Shown: positions 1 through 14,600 of the stretch, in pieces
How the letters are laid out: every line of letters starts with the position of its first letter
Position numbering within the stretch: the stretch's first letter is position 1
NCBI RefSeq assembly: GCF_020745735.1
Contig: NC_083409.1
Coordinates: forward strand, 36,414,048-36,478,047
DNA: 64,000 nt
Direction of reading: 5' to 3'
DNA from: Hemiscyllium ocellatum
Taxonomy: Eukaryota
Position numbers and translations under genes: made by a program
The notes under the pieces: model-generated
Told to the model about the DNA's origin: nothing
Seen by the model: the letters and a program-made list of their open reading frames with translations, nothing else
Database searches by the model: none

Positions 1-3000
1 TTTTGAATTCCCACAAGGAATATCCTGATTGTGAGTCTGCACTGAACGGTATTGTTACATTAGAGAAAAATAGCAGAACCAAATCAGCCTTTTCACCTCT
101 ATTTTCACAAACAGTAAAACGAAGCTGTCAAGGACCCCTAAATAGTCACTCAAATGGTTCCTAACCAGATATTTGAATAACTGATCCCAGACTTTGCAAA
201 TAATTAATTTTCAGATACTACTTTTATACTTTAAACAAAGGACTTAACTATTTATAAGATGCAGGATAACTTTAGCAGAGAGAAATATAAATCACACAAT
301 AAACTGATTAATGCCTGTACTTTAAACCGCAAACAGTTTTTCTCAGCTCCCATTCACACAAAAGACAGACAAATACAGTTAAGGGATAAATAAATAGAAC
401 AGAATAGAAATTTATTGTCACGTGTACTTGAACATAAAGAATACACTGAAAAGTTTTATAAGTCACTTCACTGCAGCGTCTCCATCAATTTTTAAAGAAG
501 TTAAACTAAGACAAAGTTCATCACAGTTCAGTCAACGGCTCCTGGGCTTGGGAAAAGCTGTTTAATGAGCAATGATATATCATGAAGGTGCACCTGGGAC
601 AAGACTGTCATTCCGGGACCAGACCACCACGCCAGGCCGTTGGGTACTAGGCTGGCAGCCTCTGCCGAAACAGCCTACCACACTGGGCTGGGACCGCCAT
701 TACTGAATGAGACCTACTGCTAGACCGCTGGAACACCTGGACATCAAAGACAAAGAAGACTTGCACATGGGGAAGTGACCTCCACCATACCAAATCAAAC
801 CCTCCACACTGGGACACTGCCATCCTTCAGGTGCCCGGGCCCAAACTTGGACTGGATCCTTGGTCTAGCCTGAGAGTCTGGGCCGGGGGGTGAGGACTAG
901 GGTCGGGGGGGTGGTGGGGAGGATGGTCGGTCAGCCTGGGACCTGCTGCTTGCTCACCGGGCGACCCCATGCTGGAGTGGACTGAGTCCATCTTGCTGCT
1001 GCCCTCACCGACCACTCTCCAGACCCAAAAAAACAGATAATAGAGGAAGAGCCGAAGAGAAAAAGGCCAGAGAAAGAAGGCCGATGGGAGCAGCTGACCG
1101 ATCTACTGGGCTCAGCCGTACCTACTAGGCCAACAAAACTGGCCAGATTATTTATATGGCTTTCACAGACAAAACTCTGGACTCCTTGGCCGGTTCTGAA
1201 GTTTTGATCAGTTTCACCTTTTCAGTTCAGCCAGGCAAAGGCAGGAAGACATCTCACTGAACTTTCCATCTTTGGGCTTCTGAAAGCTAGTAACGCAGAT
1301 TAGACAGGGAACTTCCAAATCTTCACACTGTCTGAGCAATAACCAAGAATTATCTCTCATTAACCATAGTTCAAATAAAAAACGTTAATTCCGGTTTCAC
1401 CCTAATGGACTGATAGACTCTTCCCAAGGCCTCAGTTACCATTCTGCCATTTGCATGAACAAAGTGTCTTTTCCAAAATTTCCAGAAACAATTCCCAGGT
1501 GCTGACCTTGTTAATAGACAGCTTTTGCTATCTGTTTAAGTCCAATGTTTTTCCCGGGGTCACTGTGTCTGTTGGAACCCTTGTAGTCAGGAATCAGCGT
1601 ACAATTAACCTCCAGGCCTGACCACTCAAGCAAGCAAAAAGCTTATTTTGACAGTTCTTTTCCTTTTACCACAAGCTATCCAAAGTCCACAAGTCATTTC
1701 CACCTCATGATTCAAAATTTATTTTAAAAAAATGAAAACTCAGCCAAGGGTCCAACACTAATACATGCGTGCTATTCCTGATGTGGATCAGAAAAGTGCC
1801 TTAATCAGACTCTCTCTCAAAATTACAGAAGGTATACTGTTCTGGATGTAGTCATGCACTGCTTTCTGCCATGCAGTGTTAACAATCAGTCCAGTAGTGC
1901 AGTCCAAATTCATTCCTTCCCTTCCCTTGGCTCTGGATGCCTAGTGGCAATGTATTACTTCTCTCTTTTTCCCACCATCCAATCAGACAATGAGTGTAAA
2001 CCTGTTTCTTATTCGACTGTAGTGTCTAGAGAAGTACTTGGTAGTTTACCTGCACAGTACAAATGATCTCTTTCAGAAAGTTGTCTAGACTGCTTATCTG
2101 GCATGATTTTTCTCTTGAATTCTGCCTCCCACTTCCACTCATACTCTTTAGTCCTGTTGTTTTTGACCACTTCCTGTGTCCTATTCCCACTTAAGCTTTT
2201 GGGGAGTGCAACATTGTATGGGGAGAGCAAACAGATTTAATTATTGTCATTACACTATTTGCTGCATACATTTTCCACAACATCTTTGGGTTTTGAGTTA
2301 CGTGCACAATTTGGCATTGAATTAATTCATGCAATTGCAGAAGGTGTAAAGTTTAATTCCTTACTTGTGTCGTGTTAACATCCCTCAGCTGGGTTGTGTG
2401 TTGAGATATTGCCATTAATACAGGTGCCCCTGAGCTTGACATTTTACTGCTTCCAATCAGAATTACTTGCATTTGAGAGTGAAACACAAGTTTGAAACTG
2501 GACAGTAGATTAGGGTTAGCGAACATGTCATGTTATCAAGGTAGCTAGCTGACACTAACTTGTTAGGTTTATAGATGGAGAATTGCTCTTCAAGAGCAGC
2601 AGGTACTTGTGGATATACTTTGATGTGAGTGGAAAAGTTTAGAGTACTGTATTTGAGAAGAAAAATTTGATATAAAAACTAAAAAGAATGTAGGCAGAAG
2701 TAAAGTTATGCAGGGTGATATCTATAGAACAGATGAGAGAGGTTTTCAGGAGAGAAAGACAACATTAAAAAAAAATTTGGAGACTTAATATATAATATTA
2801 TTGTTGTGTTCTACTAAAAAGTGCAAAGCAGGTACCTTTGCAAATATTGGAAGTTACGATGTAGATTTGTATTGGGCCACTATAATGTTGTAAAGCACAA
2901 GTGAAAAGAATGCACGTGGTTGTAAAGGAAAAAAAAACATGACTTGTTGCTTTGGATTTTACAATGCAGAAACAGGTTGGGTCCAATAGGATGGTTTTGT

Positions 3001-4109
3001 TGCTTATTCTCCACATAAACTTCCTTCAGTGCCCCTACTTGAACTCGTTCTATCAATGTTGATGGATAACCATGCCAACAACAGAGATATTGTAATCAAA
3101 AGACTACTAATAGATTAAATGAATGAAGGATAGAGAAATGGAGTTAGAAGTATAGATGGACACTTCTTGGTTTGACACTGGGCAATGTAAACAGTGTGCC
3201 CTCACAAAGCAAGTAAAACCTTTTTTAAAAAAACACTCTTATTAAAGGCATGGAAGAAATTTAGAATAAAGAAATTAAAATGTTTTATACTGAATGAATT
3301 ATCATTAGCAAGACAGGTGGATGTAAATGATCATTCATGTTGACATTTGACTAGATTAAGGTTCAGACATTGAACACAACAAATCCTTACCCTCCTTTCC
3401 TAGTATTCCCAAATTATTCAGGATGTCTCATATGCTGAATTTTTTTGGTTAACATTTGTTCCATTTTAAAATATTAACAAATACAGCTTTCCTTTGATTT
3501 CCAGTAGTTAACTATTTTATAGTTACAGCTGTACATTTTGGGGTGATGTAAAACACATATACAGAGAAATTCAGAAATTGAAATCCACAATGAGCCACAT
3601 TATGTGCTTGACTGAATACCTTAAGTTGGGAGTTTGTGTCAAATTTTGTTTTGCGTGATTGAATGAGCTTCATTAGTGATCTCAATGAAAAACCAATCAT
3701 AATGTGATGGAATTACTGCCTTTGAGAGTGAAACACAAGTCTGAAACTAGAATACTGAAATTAACTAAAGATGGTTAGAATGAATTGCATGAGGTAGATT
3801 GGTAAGTTTGATTGAAAGGTATAATGGTTGGCACTTATTTTTAATTCTCAATATACCTACACTGCTTTGAAAACAAAAGCAGCACATGAAAAGGAAATCA
3901 TAATGTGGCTAACTAAAGAGTTTAAAGATAATATTAGATTAAAAGAAGAGCCTTACTACCAAAACATTAGTATTTAAAGAGTTTTAGATATTACAAAAGA
4001 TTACCAAAACCCTGACAGTTATAAAATAGATAAGTGTAGACTAGCCATACTGTACAAATATATTGTGAAATAAATATTTTGTACCCAGTAAATGTCATTT
4101 TGTGCTCAG

Positions 4110-7100
4110 TAAGTGTTTTGTGCTGGCAGATGGGACTGGATTAGGTTGGGATATCTGGTCAGCATGGACAACTTGGACCAAAGGGTCTGTTTTCATGCTG
4201 TACATCTCTGTGACGTGTAAAAAGGAAGCCTGACAAAAGTGAACATTAGTTCCTTGGGCAAGAAACTGACAAAAGTATATTGGCAATAAGGAAACTGCAG
4301 AGACGCAGCTGTCATCGTAATAGAAACTACAAAACGCATATCAGAAATAGTGGGAAAACAGTAAATTAATTTCAGCCAGGAACTTAAAGCTATGTTAGTT
4401 TTTTTTAAAAATTGTATTGAGAAAGGACTGAAAGCTGAAAAGATCTACTCAACCTGAGAGCTATAAGTTATGGTTAGAGAAGAGGTCAGTGGGGTCGTTG
4501 ATCTCCGAAATTGCATAGATTTCAGATTCTTATTGAAGTGAGAAAGAGAGAGAAAGAGTTAATGGAGGGAAGTACATACCATTAGTCTGACATTGATGAC
4601 CAAGAAAATGCTGGAATTGATTGTTTAACAAATAGTAACAGTGCACTTAAATCCTAATATTAGGCAGAATGGACAGTGGGCTGTCCTCTGAGAAGAGAGC
4701 TTGAGAGAAAACAAGATTTTAAGGGGAAGGGCTTACCATATGTTGCAAATGAAGGAAGTTAACGATAATATTAAAGTAAAAAAAAAAGATGATTTGGTAA
4801 AGATGACTGTTGCGTTAGAAGATTGGAAGAATATAAAGAAAACCAAAGAATGACTAAAAGGTTAGAGTGTACCAAAGAAAGCTAGGTGGAAATAGAAGTG
4901 CGAGTTTCTGCAGTTATTTGATAAAGAAAACAGTCATTAAAAGTGAGAGTTGGTGCTCTAGCGATAGTGTCTGGAGAATACTGGACATGAAGGAAATGCC
5001 AATGAATTAGAGATTTTGCAGCAATCTTCATTAATACAACCAATCAGTAGTTATGAATTGGACTGAAAAGAAGGCAGGAACTTAAAATAGTTATATTTTC
5101 TAGGGAAAGTGCATGAAGAAAACTATTAGAACTAGAAGACTTCACACCAGGGACTTAAAAAAAAGATTGGCTGCTGAGATAGTAAATGCGTTGGCCTGAA
5201 CTTTCCAAAAATTGCTAGATTCTGAAAAGGTCCCATCGGATTGAAAATAGCAAATATGGCTATTCAAAAAATAGGTAAAAAGGAAGATGCCAACTGTGGG
5301 CTAGTTACCATTAATTAACTGTAATACCAAAGTCTGCGTTTTGTTGTATTACACTGATGTACTTATGTAAGGTATGATTTGTCCGGATAACACACAAAAC
5401 AATACTTTTTTGCTGCATTTTGGTGCATGTGACATCTGCCAAAGGAAAATGCTGGAATTGGTTATTAAGGAATTAATAGCAGTGCATTTAGATCTCAATA
5501 TACTCCAACAGCATCAGCATGGTTTTATGAAAAGGAAAGCGTATTTGACTAACTTATTGGAGTTCTTTGAAGAAAACTGCAAGCAATGTAACAAACAAAT
5601 AAAAAAGCAATATTAGACAAATAAATGAGGCTGAAGGCTTGCATCCTAAAATCCGAAAACAGGTTGCTACAGAGGTAGTGGATGTTTTAGTTGTAATTTT
5701 CTAAAGAAAAATCTTGATTCTGGAGAAGTACCTGAGGTTTGGAAAATTGCTAAAATGACACCCTTCTTCAGAAAGGGAGGGAGACAAAAAGCTGGGAGCT
5801 ACTGGCCGAATAGTGATTGGAAAGGTATTGGAATCAATTATTAAGGAAGTAAAAACAAAACATTTGGAAAATCATAAACTAATCAAACAGAGGCAGCATG
5901 GCTTCATGAAAGGAATGCCATGCATGACTAATTTGTTAGAGTTTTTTTGAGGAAGTCTCAACCAGAGTGGATAGAGGGGAACCAGTAGATGTGTTGTATT
6001 TGGACTTCTAGAAGGCATTTCATAAGGTAATTCAAAAAGATACTGTATTGGCATGGACAGATAATTGTGTTGCAGGAAGCTGCGAGTCGGGATAAAGATT
6101 TTTTTCAAATTGGGCAATCCATATGCAGTAAGGTTCCACAGGTTTAGTGCTAGGACCAGAACTATTGCATTACATGTTAATGGCTTGGAGGAAGGAAGTC
6201 AATGTACTGTAGCCAAATTTGCAGGTAACACAAAAATCAGTGAAAAAGTAGGTTGCAAGAAGGATACCGACAGTTTACAGAGACATTGATAGGTTAAGCA
6301 AGTGGGCAAATGGTTGGTAAATGAAGTATAACATGGTAAAATGTGTATTTGTTTATTTTAGAAGGGAGAACAAAATAGACAATAGGTGCAGGAGTAGGCC
6401 ATTCAGCCCTTCGAAGAACTGACTGTTATTTATATAGAAAACTGCAAGACAAAGGGACCTCGGAATACACAGAAAGCTAGCATACAGATGCATCAGATAA
6501 CCTGGAAGCCTAAGAGAATGTTGACTCTTAGTTGGAGTTTACAAATAGGGGAGTTTTACTGCAACTGTACAAGGTGCTGTTGAGATCACATCTGGAGCAC
6601 AGTGAGCAGTTTTGGTCCCATTATTTAAGGAAATATATTATTTCATTGGAGGCAGTTTGGAGAAGGAAGATTTATTAGGATGATACTTGGTCTGGAGGGA
6701 TTGTCCAATGAGCATAGATTAAGCAGGTTGGGATTCTACTTGAAACTTAGAAGAATGAGAGCATCCCATTGAAACACATGGAATTCTTAAGGGGCTTGAC
6801 AGCGTAAATGCTGAGAGGATGTTTCCCCTCATGGAAGAATCTAGGACCAGAGAAAATCACCTCAGAATAAAGGGGTGCCAATTTAAGAATGATATGAGAA
6901 ATTTCTGCTCTGAGGATTGAGAGTCTTTGGGACTTCTTGCCACAGAGGGCTAGGGGATGGAGTCCTTGTGTATATTTAAGACTAAGATAAATTCTCGATC
7001 AATAGGGGAATCGAGGCCTACGGTGAAAATGTAGGAAAGTGGATGCACGGAATGGTGGATTGGCGATGATTCTGATGAATGACGGAGCAGGTTCGAGGGG

Positions 7101-7910
7101 CTGATTAGCCACCTCATGTTCTTTCTTCTTGAGGTTTTATGGTGATAATGGGGAATGGATGAATGTACTGTATTTGGGTTTCCAAGAGACATTTGACAAG
7201 ATGCATATCAACAAATATTGGGCAATATAACTGCTCATGTTGTACGGGTAGTATTACACCATGAATAGAGAACTGGTTAGGTGACAGGAAGCAGAGTAGG
7301 AATTAAAATTGGTTAAATGGGATGAGTGGAAGAATCCATGGAAACAGTGCTCAGGCCTCAAATATTTACAATTTACCTCTATACTTGGATGAAGCGATCA
7401 AATGTATGGTGGCTAAATTTGCTGATAAGACAAAGATAGACAGGAAGGCAAGTTATTAAGAGAACGAGCAAGTCTACAAAGAGATATATAGTTAATAGTG
7501 AAAAGAAAGTTTTCAGATGGAGTGTAATGTGGAATAGTGTGAACACGATAATTTTGACAGAACAGAAGAGCAGAATATTATTTAAGTGGAGAGTGATTGC
7601 AGAACAGTGGTATAGAGAGATCTAGGTATCCTGGTACATGAACAATAAAAGTTAGCATGCAGATACAGCAAGTCTTAAGAAGGAAGAATGGCTTTTTAAA
7701 ATTGCCATATGAAATATAAAATGTGAATATTTTGTTGTAGTTGGGCAGGGCATTGGTGAAACCACATCTTCTGGAATGATATAAATGCTTTAAAAGCAGT
7801 TCAGAGAAGGTTCACTGCATTGATATCTAGAATGGATTGGTAATCTTATAAGGTGAGGTTAAACAGGATGGGCCTGTACCCATAAGAATTTAGAAGAATA
7901 AGAAGTAAAA
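4110..7910 (+). mobile_element. Cluster of degenerate CR1 LINE ORF2/3' fragments (several nested copies)
   Basis: ORF 5374-5616 QHGFMKRKAYLTNLLEFFEE; ORF 6065-6289 VAKFAGNTKI (degenerate FADDTK); CR1 3' tails near 4110-4215 and 7000-7135; many stops and frameshifts. Confidence 0.85.
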
Positions 7911-9379
7911 CTGTTATCACCCTGATGGGAAAAAGACACTTCAAGACAAGCCCCACTGTTCCACACACTGTCACAAATGTATAAATGACCAGTTTAATCA
8001 CAAAGGTGGTTAATTTGCCTGGCTTTGAATTCTATATAATACAAAAGAAACACTCACTAGGATTTATCAATAAGCAAAAAAGCAAAACTTATTCATTATA
8101 AACAGACTTACCCTTCACAAAGTGGCAAAAAGAATGATTAATTACCAATCTGCAAACATAAACTATATCCCCTTTAAATCCCAGCAAACACATGCATTCA
8201 TTTATAGGACAGATAAGGCAGACAGTCCTCAGTCATAGAGACTTTGAAATCCAAAGCATGAAAGAAGACGACCTTTTGGTCAATTGAATCTAAGTCAGTC
8301 AAAAAAAAAACAACCACCTAACTTTCTAACACCATTTCCAGGATCTTGCTCATGGCCTTGTATATCTTGGCATTGCAAGTGTACATCTAAATACTACTTC
8401 AATGTTATGAGGCAGTAAGTTCCAGATTCCCACCACTCTATGGGCAAAAAAGGTTTTCCTTGCATCCCCTCATAACCTTCTGTCCCTTAAATCTATGTCC
8501 AGGTCATCGATCACTCCATTAAGGGGAAATGTTCCTTCTTATCTTACCCTGTCATAATTTTATATATCTCAATCATGAGGGTGGTGCGGTTCCCTACTGA
8601 TGGGAATATACCAGATTCTACTCTGTCAGACATTCTGGGAAGGATGATGACCAAATGCACTAAACTACCTTATGCATGCCCATTACAGCGCAAAATTGAC
8701 CATAGTACTGCATCTGCCAGAGACCACTGAGCCTGCAGCCTGTAATTGGGATAGGGAGAAAGAGGAGAAAGAGTCATCGAACACACACATTGACCTACAT
8801 TATTGGGATAGAGGGAGTGTTTAGAAATATTGTGGATGGAAAACAGATAAAAAGGAACAAATTCTTTGGATCAAAGGATAGGCAATGGTGCCTTATCATA
8901 GTTTTGCGTTCTGGCAATGGTATCATGTTGATCAAAGCACTCCTCAATTCTGTAGCTGGCCAGTTGGATCAAGGTTTGATTTTGAGTAAGAGATTTTACT
9001 TTTCACATTCTTAGGTGTTGTTTCTTTTCTATGCTGAGAAAGAAGGAAATTTGTCTAGATTTGCAGATTTTTAGAGTTTTGAATACAACTGCTTCTTTTA
9101 GAATAAAACTACAGAAATGCACATTGCTGGAAATCTGAAGCAAAAACAAAAAGTGCTGGAGCTCTCAGTAGGTAGAGAAACAAACTGAATGACCCTTTGT
9201 CAGAACTGAAAATAGCTGGGAAAGGCTGGCATTGATGGGCTTCGGGGAGGAAGTGCCCAGAAGCAGCGAGAGGAAAAGGGGGTAGGCAAACAAAAGAGAT
9301 TTGTGATAAACCAAGAGTGAGCTAAATGCTGGGCAGGGTTCTAATGAGATGTGTAAATGGATTGGCTGTGCTGGAAGCA

Positions 9380-10023
9380 ACACGTACAAAAAAGGACAAT
9401 TGCTTCATGTGGAGGGTGTGTCTGGGACTCTGGACAGTAAGGAGGGAAGAAGTAAACAAGAAAGTGTTACACACTCTGCAATTGCATGGGAAGGTACCTT
9501 GGGAGCAATGAGGAGTTGAGAGTGGAGGAGTGGATTGTGGTGTTCCAGAGGGAATGGTCACTGTGGAATGCTGACAGAAGTGGGGTGGAGTGGAATATAT
9601 GTCTGGTAGTGATGTCCAGCTGGATGTAGCAGAAATGGTGGCTTCTGATCCTTTGGATATGGAGAGTGTAGGGTGAGGACCAGGGACGCTCTCATTGTGA
9701 GAGGGGAGGAAAGTGGTGAGGGTTCAAGTGCAGGAAATAGGTCAGACATGACTCCGGACCCTGTCAGTCGTGGTGGTGAGGGATCCTTGGTTGAAGATAA
9801 AGATGGAAGTTTCTGAAATAATCCTGTGGAAAATGGCGTTATTAGTTGATGAGATGGAGAAACTGAGAGCATGGAATGGAATCTTTATAAGAAGCAAGGT
9901 GTGACAATACATAGTAATGCTAACTGTAGGAATGGGTCGATTTGTAATTGATATTGATAGCTATCTTATCCCCAGAAATGAAAACCGATGTCAACAAAGG
10001 GAAGGGAGGATGCAGAAATGGAC
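9380..10023 (-). mobile_element. Penelope-like element fragment, split by a CR1 insertion and resuming near 12490-12600
   Basis: ORF 9322-9561 GTFPCNCRVCNTFLFTSSLLTVQSP resembles the Cys linker before PLE GIY-YIG; similar to the PLE copies at 24175-26780 and 60560-61260. Confidence 0.7.
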
Positions 10024-12487
10024 AAGATTTAAGATGCATAGGATGGGAATGGAAACTGCAGGGGATGGGCACAATTGAGATGTGGAGCTTATTCAAGAAA
10101 CAGCTACTGTGTGTCCTTGATATGTATGTATCTGTCAGGCAGAGAGGAAGTGGTTGAGCAAGGGAGCCATGGTTTACTTAAGTTGAATCTCTTGTCAAGA
10201 GGAAAAAGAAGGCTTATGTTAGGATGAGATGTGAAGGCTCATTAGGGCACTTGAGAGTTACAAGTTAGCCAGGAAAGACCAAAAGAGAGAGCTAAGAAGA
10301 GTCAGAAGGGGACACTAGAAGTCTTTGGTAGGTAGGAGCAAGGAAGACCCTAAAGCTTTCTGTATGTATATCAGGAATAAAAGAATGACTAGAGTAAGAT
10401 TAGGGCCAATCAAGGATAGTAGTGGGAAGTTGTTCATGGAGTCTGAGGAATTAGGGGAAGCCCTAAATGAATGTTTTTTGACAGTATTTACTCTGTAAAA
10501 AGACAGTGGTATCGAGTAAATACTGAGATACAGGCTACTAGACTAGATGGGATTGATGTTTGCAAGGAGTAGGTGTTAACAAATCTGGAAAGTATGAAAA
10601 TAGATAAGTCTCCTAGGCCGGATGGGATCTATTCTAGGATTCTCTGGGAAGCTGGGAGGAGATTGCAGTGCCTTTGGATTTGATCTTTATACCATTATTT
10701 CTATAGGAATAGTACCAGAAAACTGGAAGACAGCAAATGATGCCCTTTTGTTCAGGAAGGGGATTAGATACCACCCTGGTAATTGCAGACCAGTGAGCCT
10801 TACTTTGGTTGTGGGTAAAGTGTTGAAAAAGGCTATAAGCAATGATTTAAAATCGTCCAGAGAGGAATAAGTTGCAAAATGTCCATATTACAGAGGAGGA
10901 AGTGCTGGATGTCTTGAAATGCATAAAGGTGGTTAAATCCCCAGGACCTGATCAGGTGTACCCGAGAACTCTGTGGGAAGCTAAGGAAGTGATTGATGGG
11001 CCTCTTGCTGAGATATTTGTGTCATCGATAGTCACAGGTGAGATGCCGGAAGACTGGAGGTTGGCTAACGTGGTGCCACTCTCTAAGAAGGATGGTAAGG
11101 ACAAGCCAGGGTACTATAGACCAGTGAGCCTGACATCAGTTATAGGCAAGTTGTTGGAGGGAATCCTGAGGGACAGGATGTACATGTATTTGGAAAGGTA
11201 AGGACTGATCAGGGATAGTCAACATGGCTTTGTGCGTGGGAAATCATGTCACACAAACTCGATTGAGGTTTTTGAAGAAGTAACAAAGAGGATTGATGAG
11301 GGCAGAGTGGTAGATTGCAGATTCATAGCTCCTTGAAAGTGGAGTCACAGGTTGATAAGATAGTGCAGAAAGTGTTTGGTATGATTTATTGGTTAGAGTA
11401 TTGAGTACAGGAGTTGGGACGTCATGTTGCGGTTGTACAGGACATTGGTTCGACCACTATTGGAATATTGCATGCAATTCTGGTCTCCTTCCTATCGGAA
11501 AGATGTTGTGAAACTTGAAAGGGTTCAGAAAAGATTTACAAGGATGTTGCCAGGGTTAGAGGATTTGAGCTGTAGGGAGAGGCTCAACAGTCTTGGGCTG
11601 TTTTCCCTGGAACGTCAGAGGCTGAGCAGTGACCTTCTACAGGTGTATAAAATCATGAGAGGCATGGATATGATAAATAGACAAAGTTTTTTCCCTGGAG
11701 TGGGGGAGTCCAGAACTAGAGGGCATAGGCTTAGGGTGAGGGGGGAATGATATAAAAGGGACCTAAGGGGCAACTTTTTCACACAGAGGGTGGTATGTGT
11801 ATGGAATGAGCTGCAAGAGGAAGTGGTGGAGACTGGTACAATTGCAACATTTAAAAGGCATTTGAATGGGTATATGAATAGGAAGGGTTTGGAGGGATAT
11901 GGGCTGAGTGTTGGCAGGTGGGACTAGATTGGGTTGGGATAGCCGGTCGGCATGGACAGGTTGGACCGAAGGGTCTGTTTTCATGCTGTATATCTCTGAC
12001 TCTAAATTGATTAGGGATAGTCAGCATGGTTTTGTGAAGGTTAGGTCGTGCCTCAGAAACCTTATTGAGTTCTTTGAGATGGTGACCAAACAGGTGGATG
12101 AGGCTAAAGTGGTTGTATGCTATTACACAAAATACAGATGCATGGGAATTGAGGGTGATTTAGCAGTTTGGATTAGAGATTGGCTATCTATAAGAAGACA
12201 GAGGGTGGTGGTTGATAAGAAATGTTCATCCTGAGGCTATCACAAAGGACATAGCTCTAAGTTGAGGGGTGATCGATTAGGACAGATGTTAGAGGTAGTT
12301 TCTTTACTCAGAGTTGCCTGCAACAGTAATAGACTTGCCAACTTTAAGGACATTTAAATGATTATTAGATAAACATATGGATGAAAATAGAATAGTGTAG
12401 GATAAGGTGGGCTTCAGATTGGTTCCACAGGTCGGAGCAGTATTGAAGGTTGAAGTGCCTGTGCGGCGATGTAATGTTCTATGTTCT
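10024..12487 (+). mobile_element. CR1 LINE (outer, 5'-truncated, decayed)
   Basis: ORF 10622-10870 VPENWKTANDALLFRKG..GNCRPVSLTLVVGK; ORF 11908-12234 SQHGFVKVRSCLRNLIEFFE; tail ending atgttctatgttct. Confidence 0.85.
10875..12002 (+). mobile_element. CR1 LINE (younger, nested in the outer CR1, internally deleted near 11315)
   Basis: ORFs 10872-11201 (KSPGPDQVYPRTLWE..YRPVSLTS) and 11424-11750 (LVRPLLEYCMQFWSP); flanked by taagttg/taaattg as a probable TSD. Confidence 0.85.
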
Positions 12488-14366
12488 AGGTGGTGGTGAG
12501 AGCTTGGTGGAAATTAGAGCCAGAATCTCTCTTCCAGAATTGGAAAAATTGATCAATTTTGCTTCCAATTTCCACTTTGCTCTCAACTTCGCCTGTTTGA
12601 ATTCTAAACAAGTTAAGGAGTTCAGAAATGAACAAGGAAAGCAGGGGTATTATTTAGGATTAGTTATATTCTCATTAACTGATAACCTTGAGTCAAATAA
12701 GTTTGATGGTCTACTCCTATTTGTTCTTAGTGAAAACAAAATTGAGGCCATATGTGAATTGTCATCATTTGAAGTGCTGCATGCAATAGTTAACAAAATA
12801 ATTTCTGAACAATCAGACATATTGGCAAAATAATGTAGATGACTGAGGTCAATTTAAGTTGAATTTTTTCAGTCAGTGGGAAAAGCTGATGAAATGTCTG
12901 ACTTCCTTCTGGTTACCTAATGTTTGGATTATTTGAGGATGTTTTTGGTGACCACCACCCAGCCACTCTTTATTTTTCACTTCCTGTGTTCATAACCAGA
13001 GGGAAATACCTGACAGAGTTTCTTCCATATACTCACTATGAGACTTTCTAAGCCAATGGAAATGCTTTCTGCGAGCCTGAGTTTTTCAGGTAAAATCTGT
13101 GTTCAACATCTCAACAGATAATGCAGAACTTGTGATAGTATTGCTCCAATACAGAAAATTGCACAGTTATCTCTTGTCCACAAACCAAGACCAATGTCAC
13201 ATCCTCAGGCATCAGTGTGAAATAAGGTATAATTGATAGTGCTATTAAGTAGCAATAACCTGCTCACTGTTGCTCAGTTTGATTTCTGCCAAGGTCATCT
13301 TGCCCCTATCCTTGTTGCAGCCTTGATCCAACATGGATTGGAGAGGGGAGGTGTTAGGGCAGTATTTGACCTAGTAAAGCATCAAGGATCCTTAACAAAG
13401 CTGATGTCAGCGGTAATCGGGCAAACATCACAAATAGCAGCAATACCCCCACAGCCATCTGGATTATAGACAAGGGAAAAAGTCTGTACTACTTGGAATT
13501 AAACCTAACACAAAGGAGTTTCTCAAATGTTTAATTAGAGACCTTTCCTGTATCATATGATGAGGATGAATTTCTTGACCCAAAGAGTGGCGAGCCTGTA
13601 CAATTCATGACCACAAAGTGATTGAGACCCAAACATAGTTTTTTTTTAAGAAGAAGGTAGATGTAGCTCTTTTGCCTAAAGAGGTTAAGTGATATAGAGG
13701 AGTGCAGGGTTTGCGTATTGAGACTGATGATCAGCCATGGTTGTATTGAATGTTGGAGCAGGTTTGAGGAATCAAATGGTTTCAAAGTTAAAAAAACACA
13801 GCCAATATTATAGTGACCAAGAATATTGAACTTGAACAATAACTTACAATATTCAAATTGAACTCTTTGCAATCACATTATTTAACAGTCTGATGTGCTT
13901 TGCAATTCACTAGTTTTCTACAATGTAGGTTTGAGGTCATAATAGTTGATCTCAGTAAAACTAAGGATGTATGTTTGCATTTGTTTCATACGTTCATTTC
14001 GGCTTTAAAGGCTCCTAACTTTGATACCAGCTCTTTTTTTTGATATAAATAAGGCCAAAAAGGAAGATGGCCATATCTTAAAAGAGGATACATTACTGTG
14101 CCACCACAAAGACTGTCAAGTCAGTGTTGTAGACGAAACACGGCCATGGGTGGACTGAACTTATATTCATTTCTTAGCTCACCATTGGTTCAAGCACCCC
14201 CCCCCTTGCAGGTACACAGCTGAATAACAACTTCTCTTCAGTCATTTGCCACACGACAAGGCTACTGCCAATAAACAAGGGAAAACTCTGACAACTTATA
14301 TAGTCAACATCTTTTACATCAAGTTTCAGACAGCAGCCGTGCTGTTGGAGACAGAAGACAGGTCAA

Positions 14367-14600
14367 GTGTGAAGTTTGCACATTCTCCCTGTATCTGCAT
14401 TGGTTTCCTCCGAGTACTCCGGTTTCCTCCCACAGTCCAAAGATGTGCAGGTCAGGTAAATTGGCCATGCCAAATTGTCCATAGTGTTAGGTGCATTAGT
14501 CAGAGGAAATGGATCTGGGTGGGTTACTCTTCGGAGGGTTTGTGTGAACTGGTTGGGCCTTAGGGCCTGTTTCCACACTTTAGGGAATCTAATTTAATCA
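14367..14600 (+). mobile_element. HE1-like V-SINE, 5'-truncated
   Basis: V-SINE core (gtttgcacattctccc...ccggtttcctcccacagtccaaagatgtgcagg) and CR1-derived tail ending gggaatctaat. Confidence 0.85.

Noticed and set aside
2455-3760. About 45-bp direct repeat (tttgagagtgaaacacaagt) at about 2470 and 3720
   Set aside because: Most likely homologous positions in two old CR1 fragments; no array structure
12450-12833. 127-aa ORF
   Set aside because: Spans a CR1 tail, a PLE remnant and AT-rich intron; a chance ORF
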